From Escherichia phage EC121, in the sequence record NC_054909.1: a stretch of 64,000 bases of DNA, one strand, 5' to 3'. Under the pieces are notes generated by a model that saw nothing but the letters and a program-made list of their open reading frames with translations, did not search any database and was not told the origin of the DNA. The position numbers were made by a program, and so were the translations under genes. Each line of letters begins with the position of its first letter. The first letter of the stretch is position 1. Positions 38,517 to 47,739 of the stretch are shown here, one piece after another.

Positions 38517-39057
38517 ATAAAAAATCCAAACTAGGAGAATCGTCTACAACACTTTTCTTTTCAGCCCCCGGTGTTCTATAGGTTGATTCTTCGTAATGCG
38601 TCATTTTATCGTAGATGTCTTGAATAAAAGTTTCATCTACTAACGCAACCATATCGTCGTCACGACTGTCATAGACATTGTGAACGAAGTAACTGTATTT
38701 CTTTGCAACTTCCTTACGTTCTTTTTTAATACGTTGGACGAATGCATTAAAACAAGCTTGAGTTATATATGCATGTGGGTTTTTATATTTCGTTTCATCA
38801 AAATTATGAAGCCCCTTAATAGAAGCTTCTATACCATCTGCAATCATTTCTTGTTTCCAGGATTGGGTGTATCCTGAAAAGTTGAAACGTTTAGATAAGC
38901 CTTCTGCAATAAGCATAATGGCTAATCCGATAGTATCATTCTGACGAACTACTTTATTTGGATCTTTATTATTTGCTAATTCTGTTTTCCAATCAATAAT
39001 AGCTTGTAAAAGCTCTTTATTGTTTACGTAATTATATTTAGGCTTAGTTTCTGACAT
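38500..39057 (-). CDS. 55: late-transcription sigma factor gp55
   Basis: 185 aa from ATG at 39057; matches recalled T4 gp55 ([23 protein letters not shown]...). Confidence 0.92.
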
Positions 39058-39135
39058 TTTCACCTCTTAGCTCAATTCATAGATCTATTATATCATAATA
39101 TTTGAAGATCTATCTTAAAGCATAGAGGATATCAG

Positions 39136-39405
39136 TTATCTAAGTAAGCAGTATGCTTGGAACACTTTCTCCATCATCTTTTTAAATTCATGAATATCTA
39201 TGTAATGACTAGTTAAATCAGCGTGATATAAAAAGTCTAAAAACTTTTCATGCGTGCTAACATATTCACTTTCATTTAATTCAGAAACATGGCTTTCCCA
39301 ATATCCAACACCAGTCTTATTTGGGAAAAATGAAATTTTCATGTATTGATCAACATAGAAAATGCCATAATTTTCAATAGTAATAGAAATATTAATAAAT
39401 TTCAT
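39136..39405 (-). CDS. small hypothetical protein
   Basis: 89-aa ORF. Confidence 0.45.
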   Translation of the reverse strand: MKFINISITIENYGIFYVDQYMKISFFPNKTGVGYWESHVSELNESEYVSTHEKFLDFLYHADLTSHYIDIHEFKKMMEKVFQAYCLLR

Positions 39406-39617
39406 ACATTCATCAACTTAGCCGCTTCAAGAGCTGCATCTAGTGAATCAAATTGGTCAACATATTCAATCAATTCGCCGTAATTAGCATATAACCACCA
39501 TTGGCTAAATTCATACTCAAGGATGAATCCGTTTCCTTCAATTTGAGTTAAACCAATGCCATTTGTATTTACTTCATATCCAGCAAGACGCAAATCGTTA
39601 ATAAGAGCTTCGTTCAT
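39402..39617 (-). CDS. small hypothetical protein
   Basis: 71-aa ORF, ATGA-coupled. Confidence 0.45.
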   Translation of the reverse strand: MNEALINDLRLAGYEVNTNGIGLTQIEGNGFILEYEFSQWWLYANYGELIEYVDQFDSLDAALEAAKLMNV

Positions 39618-39619
39618 AA

Positions 39620-39946
39620 TTATACCTTAGTAATTTTCAGGTCTGCAAATTTTTTCTTGCGTTGATTTTTCATGCGACGAATAGTTTTATCGGAAATTTC
39701 ATGCTTTTGATAAGCTTTAGATTCTACACCAAAAGCTTTAACATCAAATTCTGACAAGATATATTGAACCAACAATTCACGGACAGTGTTGCGTCCAATC
39801 TTCTGATCATTCTGTTTCATCGTCTGATGAAGTTCTTTTTCCCATTTATCCAAAATTTGAGGAGTTACAATATCGCCTTTTTCTAGCAAAGAAACTACTT
39901 TATCATATGCGTAAGAATTGATGGCGTTTTTAATTTGAATAGTCAT
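39620..39946 (-). CDS. hypothetical protein
   Basis: 108-aa ORF with GAGGA RBS downstream of a terminator hairpin. Confidence 0.5.
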   Translation of the reverse strand: MTIQIKNAINSYAYDKVVSLLEKGDIVTPQILDKWEKELHQTMKQNDQKIGRNTVRELLVQYILSEFDVKAFGVESKAYQKHEISDKTIRRMKNQRKKKFADLKITKV

Positions 39947-39985
39947 ACATTATCCTCAATTGCGTTAAAATTTTATTATCCAAAA

Positions 39986-40000
39986 AAGGGCCGAAGCCCT
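39986..40000 (-). terminator. intrinsic terminator GGGCUUCGGCCC plus U-run
   Basis: Hairpin followed by UUUUUU on the minus-strand RNA. Confidence 0.55.
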
Positions 40001-40200
40001 TAGCTAAACTGTTTGGCACCCTTCCAGCCTTCGTACATCATTGCGGCTGATATTAATATTGCTCCTGAGCAACTTGAATATTTGTGATTCCAAAACCAGT
40101 TTAGAAAAACTTCGTCATCAATACCTTGAGCTATCATATTTTCAAAGAACTGACGACGAGCTTCAGCAATTCGTTGCGATAATTTAGATTCAGGATTCAT
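40000..40200 (-). CDS. small hypothetical protein
   Basis: 66-aa ORF. Confidence 0.45.
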   Translation of the reverse strand: MNPESKLSQRIAEARRQFFENMIAQGIDDEVFLNWFWNHKYSSCSGAILISAAMMYEGWKGAKQFS

Positions 40201-40416
40201 TTAAATTTTCCAGTTACCATTTTCATCAATAAATTTAATCCAGTCATTTACTGACCACTTGGTCGTATCGCCCTTTGGAGCAACATTTAAAGTGTATAAT
40301 CCTTGTTTAAAAAGCATTCGTTTGATATTCATATTTTCCTCAGCTGTAACGATAGCACTCGTTTGATTTACGCTTAGCAACTCGTTGAGAAGTATTATAA
40401 TCAAAATCATCATCAA
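40201..40416 (-). CDS. small hypothetical protein
   Basis: 71-aa ORF; likely starts at an internal ATG, since it overlaps the upstream ORF. Confidence 0.35.
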   Translation of the reverse strand: MMMILIIILLNELLSVNQTSAIVTAEENMNIKRMLFKQGLYTLNVAPKGDTTKWSVNDWIKFIDENGNWKI

Positions 40417-40678
40417 TGTAAACTGATTTTTTCAACTTTCTTACTTCACCACGTAATTGGCGATTTAGCTCATCTTTAACTTCTGAATCAATGCCTTTCA
40501 TTCTACGCCATTTATCAGAGCGAAAAATGTTTTCGACAATATCTTTATGACTTACACCATCAGGAGCTTTACGCTTTCCGAAATAGTCATAATCACGAAC
40601 TTTCAAGTCTTTACGACGATACGTTTTACCCATGGAGTTTAATTTCCTTAGCAACTGAACTAAATACAGCACGGTCAC
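40340..40678 (-). CDS. basic hypothetical protein
   Basis: 112-aa ORF; probable start at internal ATG near 40633. Confidence 0.45.
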   Translation of the reverse strand: MTVLYLVQLLRKLNSMGKTYRRKDLKVRDYDYFGKRKAPDGVSHKDIVENIFRSDKWRRMKGIDSEVKDELNRQLRGEVRKLKKSVYIDDDFDYNTSQRVAKRKSNECYRYS

Positions 40679-40814
40679 AAATCATCTGTTTATGTAACTT
40701 GAGTATAAGATAATAAACTTCAAAACCGTTTACATAAGTAACACGAACAACATTACCATTAATAAAATAATATTGTCCCTTTTTTAATTTCTTTATCAAC
40801 CACAACCATATCAA
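40626..40814 (-). CDS. small hypothetical protein
   Basis: 62-aa ORF, first gene after the promoter at 40866-40897. Confidence 0.45.
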   Translation of the reverse strand: MIWLWLIKKLKKGQYYFINGNVVRVTYVNGFEVYYLILKLHKQMICDRAVFSSVAKEIKLHG

Positions 40815-40865
40815 ATCCTCAAAGGCAATTCATGTGTTAATAATACCACAGTTTGAACTTCTTGT

Positions 40866-40897
40866 AAACAACTTTGTGAAAATTATTTTAGGGAATG
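40866..40897 (-). promoter_or_regulatory. early promoter with conserved upstream element
   Basis: CCCTAAAATAATTTTCACAAAGTTGTTTAC, 17 nt, GTATTAT; the upstream element is shared with cassette copies B and C. Confidence 0.55.
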
Positions 40898-40925
40898 ATA
40901 AGAAGGGAACGATAATATACAGAAT

Positions 40926-40948
40926 GTGAGAAAGAAAGGCCCAGAGGG
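40926..40948 (-). terminator. intrinsic terminator after nrdH
   Basis: GGGCC-CUCU-GGGCC followed by UUUCUUUCUC on the minus-strand RNA. Confidence 0.55.
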
Positions 40949-40954
40949 CCCGTC

Positions 40955-41278
40955 TTAGTCTTCTATGATATCTCTATCATATCCAAGTGAAATGAGAGTT
41001 TCTTTGAAGTGTTTAATGTTCTTTTGTCTAGAATCATTAATGAAAATGACTGGATAACGAATGTTAAGAGATGTAAATCCAGCGCGTTTAGCAAGAGATA
41101 CAATCAGTGGACGATCATACTCGATCTTACCATTATTTGTAAGAACTTTATAGAAAGTAAAAGGAGCATTGAGCTCCTTTAGAAGTTTTGTAACTGATTG
41201 ACATCCAGGACAACGACCAACTTCATCTGGAATTCCATAGACTTCAATCTTATTCTTTAAGTTCGAGTTTTGTTCCAC
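40955..41278 (-). CDS. nrdH: glutaredoxin-like protein NrdH
   Basis: CPGC active site in KIEVYGIPDEVGRCPGCQ; no in-frame ATG near the fold start, so a GTG start with AAGGA RBS is proposed (track over-extends to 41407). Confidence 0.6.
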   Translation of the reverse strand: MEQNSNLKNKIEVYGIPDEVGRCPGCQSVTKLLKELNAPFTFYKVLTNNGKIEYDRPLIVSLAKRAGFTSLNIRYPVIFINDSRQKNIKHFKETLISLGYDRDIIED

Positions 41279-41561
41279 GAGAAATAATTCCTTGATAAGC
41301 CCAATATGGCGGGTTAACAGAATCATCGCCAGAATTTTCTTCAGGAAAATAAACCTGGATAACAAATCCAGATTCATCAAAGGTAAAATAAACCGTAGGT
41401 AATTCACCTAACAATTCAGCACGATTATTAATTTCTTCGAGTTCTCGTTCACGTCCGGCCCAAAAACTAGGATTTAGACTACATTCATAGAAATAATAGT
41501 CATTACCGAACATATCAAAACCATTCCAACTCTCTACCACATACCGCTCAAAACTAATCAT
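41250..41561 (-). CDS. hypothetical protein
   Basis: 103-aa ORF. Confidence 0.45.
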   Translation of the reverse strand: MISFERYVVESWNGFDMFGNDYYFYECSLNPSFWAGRERELEEINNRAELLGELPTVYFTFDESGFVIQVYFPEENSGDDSVNPPYWAYQGIISRGTKLELKE

Positions 41562-41563
41562 AA

Positions 41564-41779
41564 TTAAGCCTTTTTATCAAGAACAGCATTCAGTTTGCTA
41601 GTAATTTTATCCAGACGCTCATTGAACTCGCTAGAAGACAGTCCTTTTTCTGGAGAAATCAAACTAATCACGAAAAATATAGCAATAAAAGGAATAAGGA
41701 AAATAGCTCCAACTGCCATAAACAGAAAGAATGTTACAGTTGTAAGAAAATCAGCTAAACCTTTACGAAATTTATACAT
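41564..41779 (-). CDS. small membrane protein
   Basis: 71 aa; long hydrophobic N-terminal segment. Confidence 0.45.
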   Translation of the reverse strand: MYKFRKGLADFLTTVTFFLFMAVGAIFLIPFIAIFFVISLISPEKGLSSSEFNERLDKITSKLNAVLDKKA

Positions 41780-41894
41780 ATTTTACCCTTAATTGATTAA
41801 CCAAGCATTGATAAGCACTAAACTATACTGTGAATAAAATTCTGGACCAAAATGAAAAATCATATCATTTATAGTATCCATAATATAATTCAAT

Positions 41895-42365
41895 TTAATC
41901 ATGTTTCCACACCCCATCGGTATTTGACCAAAGTCGCTGATTATCTGATCCTCGCCACAGCTTTTTAGTCGGAAGATTTTTCTCATACTTCCCATCAATA
42001 ATAACATCAACATATTTAAGCATTTCTAGTTGTTTAATATCTTCAAACTTATATCCTGTCCACAACCAAATGCTTTTATTTGGATAAAGATTTTTTACTG
42101 TTTGAACAATGCAATGAACAGCATCTCGGTTATCAGGATAGAGAGGGTCTCCTCCAGTTATAGTTAATCCTTCTATATAATCGTTATTCAAACATTCAAT
42201 TAATTGTTCCAGCGTTTCACCAGTGAATGGAACACCATTTCTAGCATTCCATGTTGATTTATTATAACACCCTTCGCATTTATGCAAACAACCTGTAACG
42301 AAAAGAACGACCCTGCAACCAGGGCCATTCACAAAGCAGCACGGGTATATTCTGTCATAATTCAT
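41895..42365 (-). CDS. nrdG: anaerobic ribonucleotide reductase activase NrdG (radical SAM)
   Basis: 156 aa from ATG at 42365; cysteine cluster CLHKCEGC; ATGA overlap with the upstream endonuclease gene. Confidence 0.9.
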   Translation of the reverse strand: MNYDRIYPCCFVNGPGCRVVLFVTGCLHKCEGCYNKSTWNARNGVPFTGETLEQLIECLNNDYIEGLTITGGDPLYPDNRDAVHCIVQTVKNLYPNKSIWLWTGYKFEDIKQLEMLKYVDVIIDGKYEKNLPTKKLWRGSDNQRLWSNTDGVWKHD

Positions 42366-43192
42366 AATAATATCCAATTTTTCCAAGCTTCATCAGTAGA
42401 ATTACAGCGTTTTAGTATAAGATGTCTAGAAACTTTTATGGCATTTGAGCACTTTTTAATTGAATCATATTTAATACCGTCAACTGAAACGGTTTTGCTA
42501 GTTGGAGAAATTTTTCCATACATTGGATTTTTTGAACCAACTTGAAGTCCTTTTAAAGCTTTTGAAAGCTTTTGTCTAGATTCCAATGACATGGGAGAAT
42601 TCTTTTTACCTTCAATAATTCGCTTGCGATGAAGTTCGCGTTCTTCTTCACTCAAAGAATTGTAATATTTTTTAACACCGTTTGATATAGATAATTTATC
42701 TTTCTCAGACCGCTCTCCAGCTAATTTACTTCTAACATCTTTTCGCTTCATAGCTATGCTTACGGCTTTATTTAAATTTGCTTGATGCTCTGGCGTACGT
42801 TTATATTTCTTTAAAGCACGTGAAATAGCTATTTTAGTTTCTTCTGTTCTCTTTTTACCTTTATTTGCTAAACTATTTTTGCGGCGATGTTCAAGTGTCT
42901 GTTCATAGGCAGTTCCACCTTTTCCACCAGGTTTAATATTATATGTATTTTCTTTTAGACAATACTCTTCGGTTACAAGTTCAGCTTCTTTATCATACAT
43001 TTGTTTTTCATTATCAAAAACATGTAAAATTTCTTTATTAAAATTTTTTCTACCATATTTTAATAAAGCGGCACGAATCAATGTTCCTGACCCCATATAA
43101 CCGTCATTTATGTTATCGGTGCTATGCGCACCGATATATTCCTTTGAATTAATTATATTTGTTATTTTATAAATTATATAATACCTATGCAT
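42362..43192 (-). CDS. free-standing GIY-YIG homing endonuclease
   Basis: 276 aa; canonical YYIIYKITN...KEYIGAH motif, NUMOD-like repeats, C-terminal HTH-like tail; wedged between nrdD and nrdG with overlaps on both sides. Confidence 0.8.
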   Translation of the reverse strand: MHRYYIIYKITNIINSKEYIGAHSTDNINDGYMGSGTLIRAALLKYGRKNFNKEILHVFDNEKQMYDKEAELVTEEYCLKENTYNIKPGGKGGTAYEQTLEHRRKNSLANKGKKRTEETKIAISRALKKYKRTPEHQANLNKAVSIAMKRKDVRSKLAGERSEKDKLSISNGVKKYYNSLSEEERELHRKRIIEGKKNSPMSLESRQKLSKALKGLQVGSKNPMYGKISPTSKTVSVDGIKYDSIKKCSNAIKVSRHLILKRCNSTDEAWKNWILL

Positions 43193-45002
43193 GTTTTACT
43201 CGTTTTACCATTTCTTTCATTTTACCTAAATTCCATGGAACAACGCTAGGAGTTCCAAGATATCCGCATGTTCTTCTTATTGTGTTCATCTTTTTAGGAT
43301 CAGTTTCTCCACAAATAGAACAAACAAACCCGTTTTCAGTAGGAGTCATTTCATGGGTACTTCCGCATGTAAAACACTTATCTACTGGCATGTTAACACC
43401 AAAATAATCTAAATGTTGTGCAGCATAATCCCACACGGCCTCAAGACCTTTTAAGTTATTTTTCATATCAGGAAGTTCAACATAAGAAATGTGACCACCT
43501 GTCGCAATGAAATGATATGGCGCTTCACGAGAAATCTTTTCAAACGGAGTAACATTTTCTTCTACTGAAACGTGGAAACTGTTAGTGTACCAGCCTTTAT
43601 CAGTAACATCCTTTACACTTCCATATTTTTCTGTATCAAGTTTACAGAAGCGATAGCAAAGGTTTTCAGCAGGAGTAGAATACAAGCTAAAAGCAAAACC
43701 AGTTCTTTCAGTCCACTGTTTAAGATGAGCATTCATTTTAGTTAAAATTTCTTGTCCAATATCACGACCGACAAGAATATTCAATTCGTGAATACCAATG
43801 TATCCCAAAGACACTGAACTTCTACCGTTTTTAAATAACTCAATTATGTCGTCATCAGGTTTAAGACGAACCCCAAATGCACCTTCTTGGTAAAGAATAG
43901 GAGCAACAGTAGCTTTAACTCCTTTTAAGGAACTAATTCTACACATCAAAGCTTCAAAACACAAATCCATTCGCTCATTGAATAATTCAGTAAATTTCTG
44001 TTCATTGAATTGTGTTCCAATATAAGAATCTAACGCAATACGAGGAAGATTCAGTGTTACAACACCAAGATTATTACGTCCATCAAGAATTTCATTACCA
44101 GTCGAATCTTTCCATACGCTCAAGAAACTACGGCAACCCATTGGAGAAACAGGAACAGATGAACCAGTGATAGCTTTATTGTTCTTAGCTGAAATAATAT
44201 CAGGATACATCCTTTTGCTTGCACACTCTAAAGCAAGCTGCTTAATATCATAGTTCGGATCGTCTTTATAAAGATTAACACCTTCTTCAACGAACATAAC
44301 AAGTTTAGGGAAAATAGGAGTTATCCCATCACGACCAAGACCTTTAATACGATTTTTCAGAATTGCTTTCTGAATCATTCGTTCAGTCCAGTCAGTTCCC
44401 GTACCAAATGTAATTGTTACAAAGGGTGTTTGTCCGTTTGAACTAAAGAGAGTATTTACTTCATATTCATAAGCTTGGAATGCATCGTATACATCTTTTT
44501 CTGTTTTAGATTGAGCATAATTCAATGCATCAGCGATTTGCCATTTTTCTGCATCCTCAATATGTTTTGCATAGGTGCGTTTAACATAAGGAGAAAGTAC
44601 TTTATCTACATTAGCAAAAGTCGTTCCGCCGTATTGGTGGGAAGCAACCTGTGCAGTAATTTGTGCCATAATTGCAGTAGCAACGCCAATTGATTTAGGA
44701 GTTTCAATCTGCGCATTACCTAGCTTAAATCCGTTCTCAAGCATTCCTTTTAAATCTACTAAACAACAATTAGTAAATGGAAGAGCAGGGGAATAATCAA
44801 TATCATGGAAATGAATAATTCCGCTTTCATGCGCTTTCATAATAAAAGACGGGACCATATTTTTGGCAATGTGTTTAGACACAATACCAGCCATAAGGTC
44901 CCGTTGAGTTGGAAAAACACGAGAATCTTTATTAGCATTCTCGTTCAAAAGGTCTTTATTAGTTTTATGAATCAATCCTTCAATTTCTTTTTCAATTGTC
45001 AT
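43185..45002 (-). CDS. nrdD: anaerobic ribonucleoside-triphosphate reductase NrdD, intronless
   Basis: Contiguous 605-aa ORF; C-terminal glycyl-radical region and zinc ribbon CFTCGS...CSICG. Confidence 0.97.
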   Translation of the reverse strand: MTIEKEIEGLIHKTNKDLLNENANKDSRVFPTQRDLMAGIVSKHIAKNMVPSFIMKAHESGIIHFHDIDYSPALPFTNCCLVDLKGMLENGFKLGNAQIETPKSIGVATAIMAQITAQVASHQYGGTTFANVDKVLSPYVKRTYAKHIEDAEKWQIADALNYAQSKTEKDVYDAFQAYEYEVNTLFSSNGQTPFVTITFGTGTDWTERMIQKAILKNRIKGLGRDGITPIFPKLVMFVEEGVNLYKDDPNYDIKQLALECASKRMYPDIISAKNNKAITGSSVPVSPMGCRSFLSVWKDSTGNEILDGRNNLGVVTLNLPRIALDSYIGTQFNEQKFTELFNERMDLCFEALMCRISSLKGVKATVAPILYQEGAFGVRLKPDDDIIELFKNGRSSVSLGYIGIHELNILVGRDIGQEILTKMNAHLKQWTERTGFAFSLYSTPAENLCYRFCKLDTEKYGSVKDVTDKGWYTNSFHVSVEENVTPFEKISREAPYHFIATGGHISYVELPDMKNNLKGLEAVWDYAAQHLDYFGVNMPVDKCFTCGSTHEMTPTENGFVCSICGETDPKKMNTIRRTCGYLGTPSVVPWNLGKMKEMVKRVKHA

Positions 45003-45472
45003 TTTAAACTCTTTCTAAGCTGCTTCTTGAATGAAGCTATTAATTGTGTTTTGGTGTCAGATTCATTATATTCAAATCCTCTTTGAAGCATCTCGGCCAT
45101 CATTTCCTCTTTTCCTAAACGAGAAAATTCCTTTGATTTATCTCCAACGAAGTTAGGGTGAATATTATTTTGGGTGTAATCGGATTTTAAATAAGTAAGT
45201 AAATTTTCTAACCATTCAAGATAATCAACACCTTGTCCCTTTAAGCCAGAACGATTAAATTTATGCTTCATTTGACCTTCTGCGGCATTGCAGAGATTAC
45301 AAAGCAATCCACGTACCTTTCCTGCTTTTGGTCCATTTAATTCATGGTCATGGTCGAGGTGATTAGCTTGAACGTCAGGATTTAGTTCTCGTTGGCAAAT
45401 TAAGCATTTACCATTTTGTGCATCATAAAATTTCTGTTTTTCTTCTTTGTATAATTTGCCAGTCAATAACAT
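44999..45472 (-). CDS. 49: endonuclease VII (Holliday junction resolvase) gp49
   Basis: 157 aa; zinc-binding CLICQ...CNLCN and H-N-H-like core. Confidence 0.9.
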   Translation of the reverse strand: MLLTGKLYKEEKQKFYDAQNGKCLICQRELNPDVQANHLDHDHELNGPKAGKVRGLLCNLCNAAEGQMKHKFNRSGLKGQGVDYLEWLENLLTYLKSDYTQNNIHPNFVGDKSKEFSRLGKEEMMAEMLQRGFEYNESDTKTQLIASFKKQLRKSLK

Positions 45473-45515
45473 AATAAAACCCTTACCTTAAATAGATAAG
45501 GGTATTTATTATTTT

Positions 45516-46019
45516 TCAAGTATTGTAAAACATTTGATGCAATCGCTTATATTGCTGAATCATTCGGTCAGAAAAAGAAATTTGAGTTTCAAGCCATTCA
45601 ATGTATTCTGCGGCAGCTTGCATCAGGTTACCTTCATAGCCATCGTTATTTTCTTGCGCAGCTAATTTAGCTAATGCGTATGAAATACGTTCACCTTGAA
45701 AATCGGCTTTAGGCTTCTGAACAACTTGATTAGTTCGCTCTACAACTTCTTCAATTTCGCCATTTTCGACTGATTCAGTATTCCATAAGCACCAATACGT
45801 AATTGACTTATCATAGATATTAATAATCTTTCCGTCGGAAAGTTCAATTTCAATAATTCCAGTATCAGGCTCTATATCATCTTCACATTCTTTTGCAAGT
45901 TCACGAACTTTAAAGACAGTACCTGCACTAAGTTCCGGCCAGTAATTACACAGCCCTGTATCAGCACGATTAATTCTAAACCACTTATCTACTGTAATCA
46001 TGTCCCATCTCCATATCAA
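45516..46019 (-). CDS. hypothetical protein at the pin locus
   Basis: 167-aa ORF between gene 49 and nrdC; assignment to Pin would be by position only. Confidence 0.45.
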   Translation of the reverse strand: MIWRWDMITVDKWFRINRADTGLCNYWPELSAGTVFKVRELAKECEDDIEPDTGIIEIELSDGKIINIYDKSITYWCLWNTESVENGEIEEVVERTNQVVQKPKADFQGERISYALAKLAAQENNDGYEGNLMQAAAEYIEWLETQISFSDRMIQQYKRLHQMFYNT

Positions 46020-46124
46020 TTAAGTCATTTATCGTTGGTTCATTATATATTGTTTCTTCATCAGTGTAAACCGGTTCTTCCGGCTCTGGCTCTACAGTTT
46101 CCCATCTAGCCGCCCACCAAGGTT

Positions 46125-46445
46125 TTATAGCGTAATCCATTCTCGTACTGTCTGAGTTACTACACGTTCATGGGGCTCGACTAGTTCAACAGTCGGAACT
46201 GCATAATACCAGTCAGAATGATAAGAACCTGACCGAGATTCATTTACCGCTACATGTACGTTATGTTTTGGACTAAAATAAACACACTGACGATATTGAC
46301 ATTTGCCGTCTTGTACCCAGTCTTCTATTTCGACAGGTTTAAGATAATCGGAAAAATCGAAATCATAGTTTTCCGAAAATGCATCATGGTCTTCAATGAT
46401 TTCGCTCAGAACTGCATCAACATCTAATTTATTTTCAATAGTCAT
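46125..46445 (-). CDS. hypothetical acidic protein
   Basis: 106-aa ORF. Confidence 0.45.
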   Translation of the reverse strand: MTIENKLDVDAVLSEIIEDHDAFSENYDFDFSDYLKPVEIEDWVQDGKCQYRQCVYFSPKHNVHVAVNESRSGSYHSDWYYAVPTVELVEPHERVVTQTVREWITL

Positions 46446-46455
46446 TTTTCACCAA

Positions 46456-46626
46456 TTAATTTCGCAATTTATTAAGTTCTTCATCATCAATCCAGGATTC
46501 TAGTCCTGATGGCAGGGCACATTCAATTTCCCAAAGAAGTTCTTCAATTTTCTGAAGACGTTCTAGTTCTTCGGCTGGAATAGCAACCATTGACGGAGCT
46601 CGTGATACATTAATATCGTAAATCAT
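46456..46626 (-). CDS. small hypothetical protein
   Basis: 56-aa ORF not in the track; 2-nt spacer to the upstream gene. Confidence 0.4.
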   Translation of the reverse strand: MIYDINVSRAPSMVAIPAEELERLQKIEELLWEIECALPSGLESWIDDEELNKLRN

Positions 46627-46628
46627 AT

Positions 46629-46844
46629 TTACCCCAATTTAACCACACAATCGCCGTATTTCCACTTAGAAATAGACTTTTCACCATTAGAATAATAAAC
46701 TTCGAGTTTAGCACGATTATTTTTAATTTGAATAACCTTTGCTGTCATCAAAGTTCCATACCCATAATAAACTGCAACTTCATCACCTACATATACCGCG
46801 CTTCCGCGGTAATCATGGATATAATCAGTTCCTTCGAGAATCAT
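46629..46844 (-). CDS. small hypothetical protein
   Basis: 71-aa ORF overlapping the nrdC stop by 4 nt. Confidence 0.45.
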   Translation of the reverse strand: MILEGTDYIHDYRGSAVYVGDEVAVYYGYGTLMTAKVIQIKNNRAKLEVYYSNGEKSISKWKYGDCVVKLG

Positions 46845-47104
46845 TTAAAGTATTCCCGCAATTGGTCAAATCCACCAATATGACTTCCATCAGGAGCAAA
46901 TACCTGAGGCATCGTCAAACCAATTTGAGTATCACGACCTAGTTTCGTTAGAAGCTCAGCGATTTTCTCATCATCAAAAACACCTTTTTCCGGCATAATG
47001 TTGATAAATTCAAACGGCTGTTTCTTCACAGTCAAGAGACGTTTTGCATTATCGCAATACACACATTTATGGATGTTGCTATCATAACCATATACTTTAA
47101 ACAT
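46841..47104 (-). CDS. nrdC: thioredoxin/glutaredoxin NrdC
   Basis: 87 aa; CVYC active site; matches recalled T4 thioredoxin. Confidence 0.9.
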   Translation of the reverse strand: MFKVYGYDSNIHKCVYCDNAKRLLTVKKQPFEFINIMPEKGVFDDEKIAELLTKLGRDTQIGLTMPQVFAPDGSHIGGFDQLREYFK

Positions 47105-47105
47105 A

Positions 47106-47348
47106 TTATTCCTTAATTCCTAGTACTTGTTTAAAAGTCTCGTCGTAATCAAGACTTTGACCTGTTTGTTCTTTATGTTTGTATATAATATCACTTACTT
47201 CTGATAGCATATTTTTATATGAACGAGTTAAAGCAGATTTAAGCACGCTGTATCTATCAGGAAATTTACCATGTTCATTATAATAAGCTATTGCTAATTC
47301 ACGGACTGCCTTTTCAGCAATCTCCATATATTCTTTACGCTTTGTCAT
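47106..47348 (-). CDS. hypothetical protein
   Basis: 80 aa from internal ATG (MTKRKEY...), which avoids overlap with the upstream ORF. Confidence 0.4.
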   Translation of the reverse strand: MTKRKEYMEIAEKAVRELAIAYYNEHGKFPDRYSVLKSALTRSYKNMLSEVSDIIYKHKEQTGQSLDYDETFKQVLGIKE

Positions 47349-47349
47349 T

Positions 47350-47739
47350 TTAATCCAAAATATTATTAGGCATTGGTTGAACACTCGCAAGTTCTTTAAA
47401 GAACTCAGTAGAGTCAGGTAATTTAACCATTTCCGGAGCATGCTTACTAAATTTATGTTTGCAATGACGGCATTTATATTCAAGTTCCGGTTTACGCCAG
47501 TTAATCAATTGAACTTGTTCAGTACCGCATTCAGGACAATTAGGAACGTTTTTAGAAGCCCTTTCGCGACGTTCAACCATAACCATAATAGCATCCCAGG
47601 CTGGAGGTTTAAAATCTAAATCATCACAACCATGAATCTTTCCGCGCATTTCCAGATCGTCTTCTTCACCAGCCATAATAATTTTAATTAGACTGGAATT
47701 ACTTGAAGCTGCAATATCTTCTAATAGACGCTTTTTCAT
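47350..47739 (-). CDS. zinc-ribbon protein
   Basis: 129 aa; CPECG...CRHC motif pair. Confidence 0.5.
   Translation of the reverse strand: MKKRLLEDIAASSNSSLIKIIMAGEEDDLEMRGKIHGCDDLDFKPPAWDAIMVMVERRERASKNVPNCPECGTEQVQLINWRKPELEYKCRHCKHKFSKHAPEMVKLPDSTEFFKELASVQPMPNNILD

Noticed and set aside
41789-42013. 74-aa ORF overlapping the nrdG 3-prime end.
   Set aside because: Overlaps nrdG by about 119 nt in another frame; any real product would have to start at an internal ATG and be only about 30 aa.
43185-45002. Possible group I intron in nrdD, as in T4.
   Set aside because: The nrdD reading frame is continuous for 605 aa with no stop or frameshift; the endonuclease gene is adjacent, not inside.
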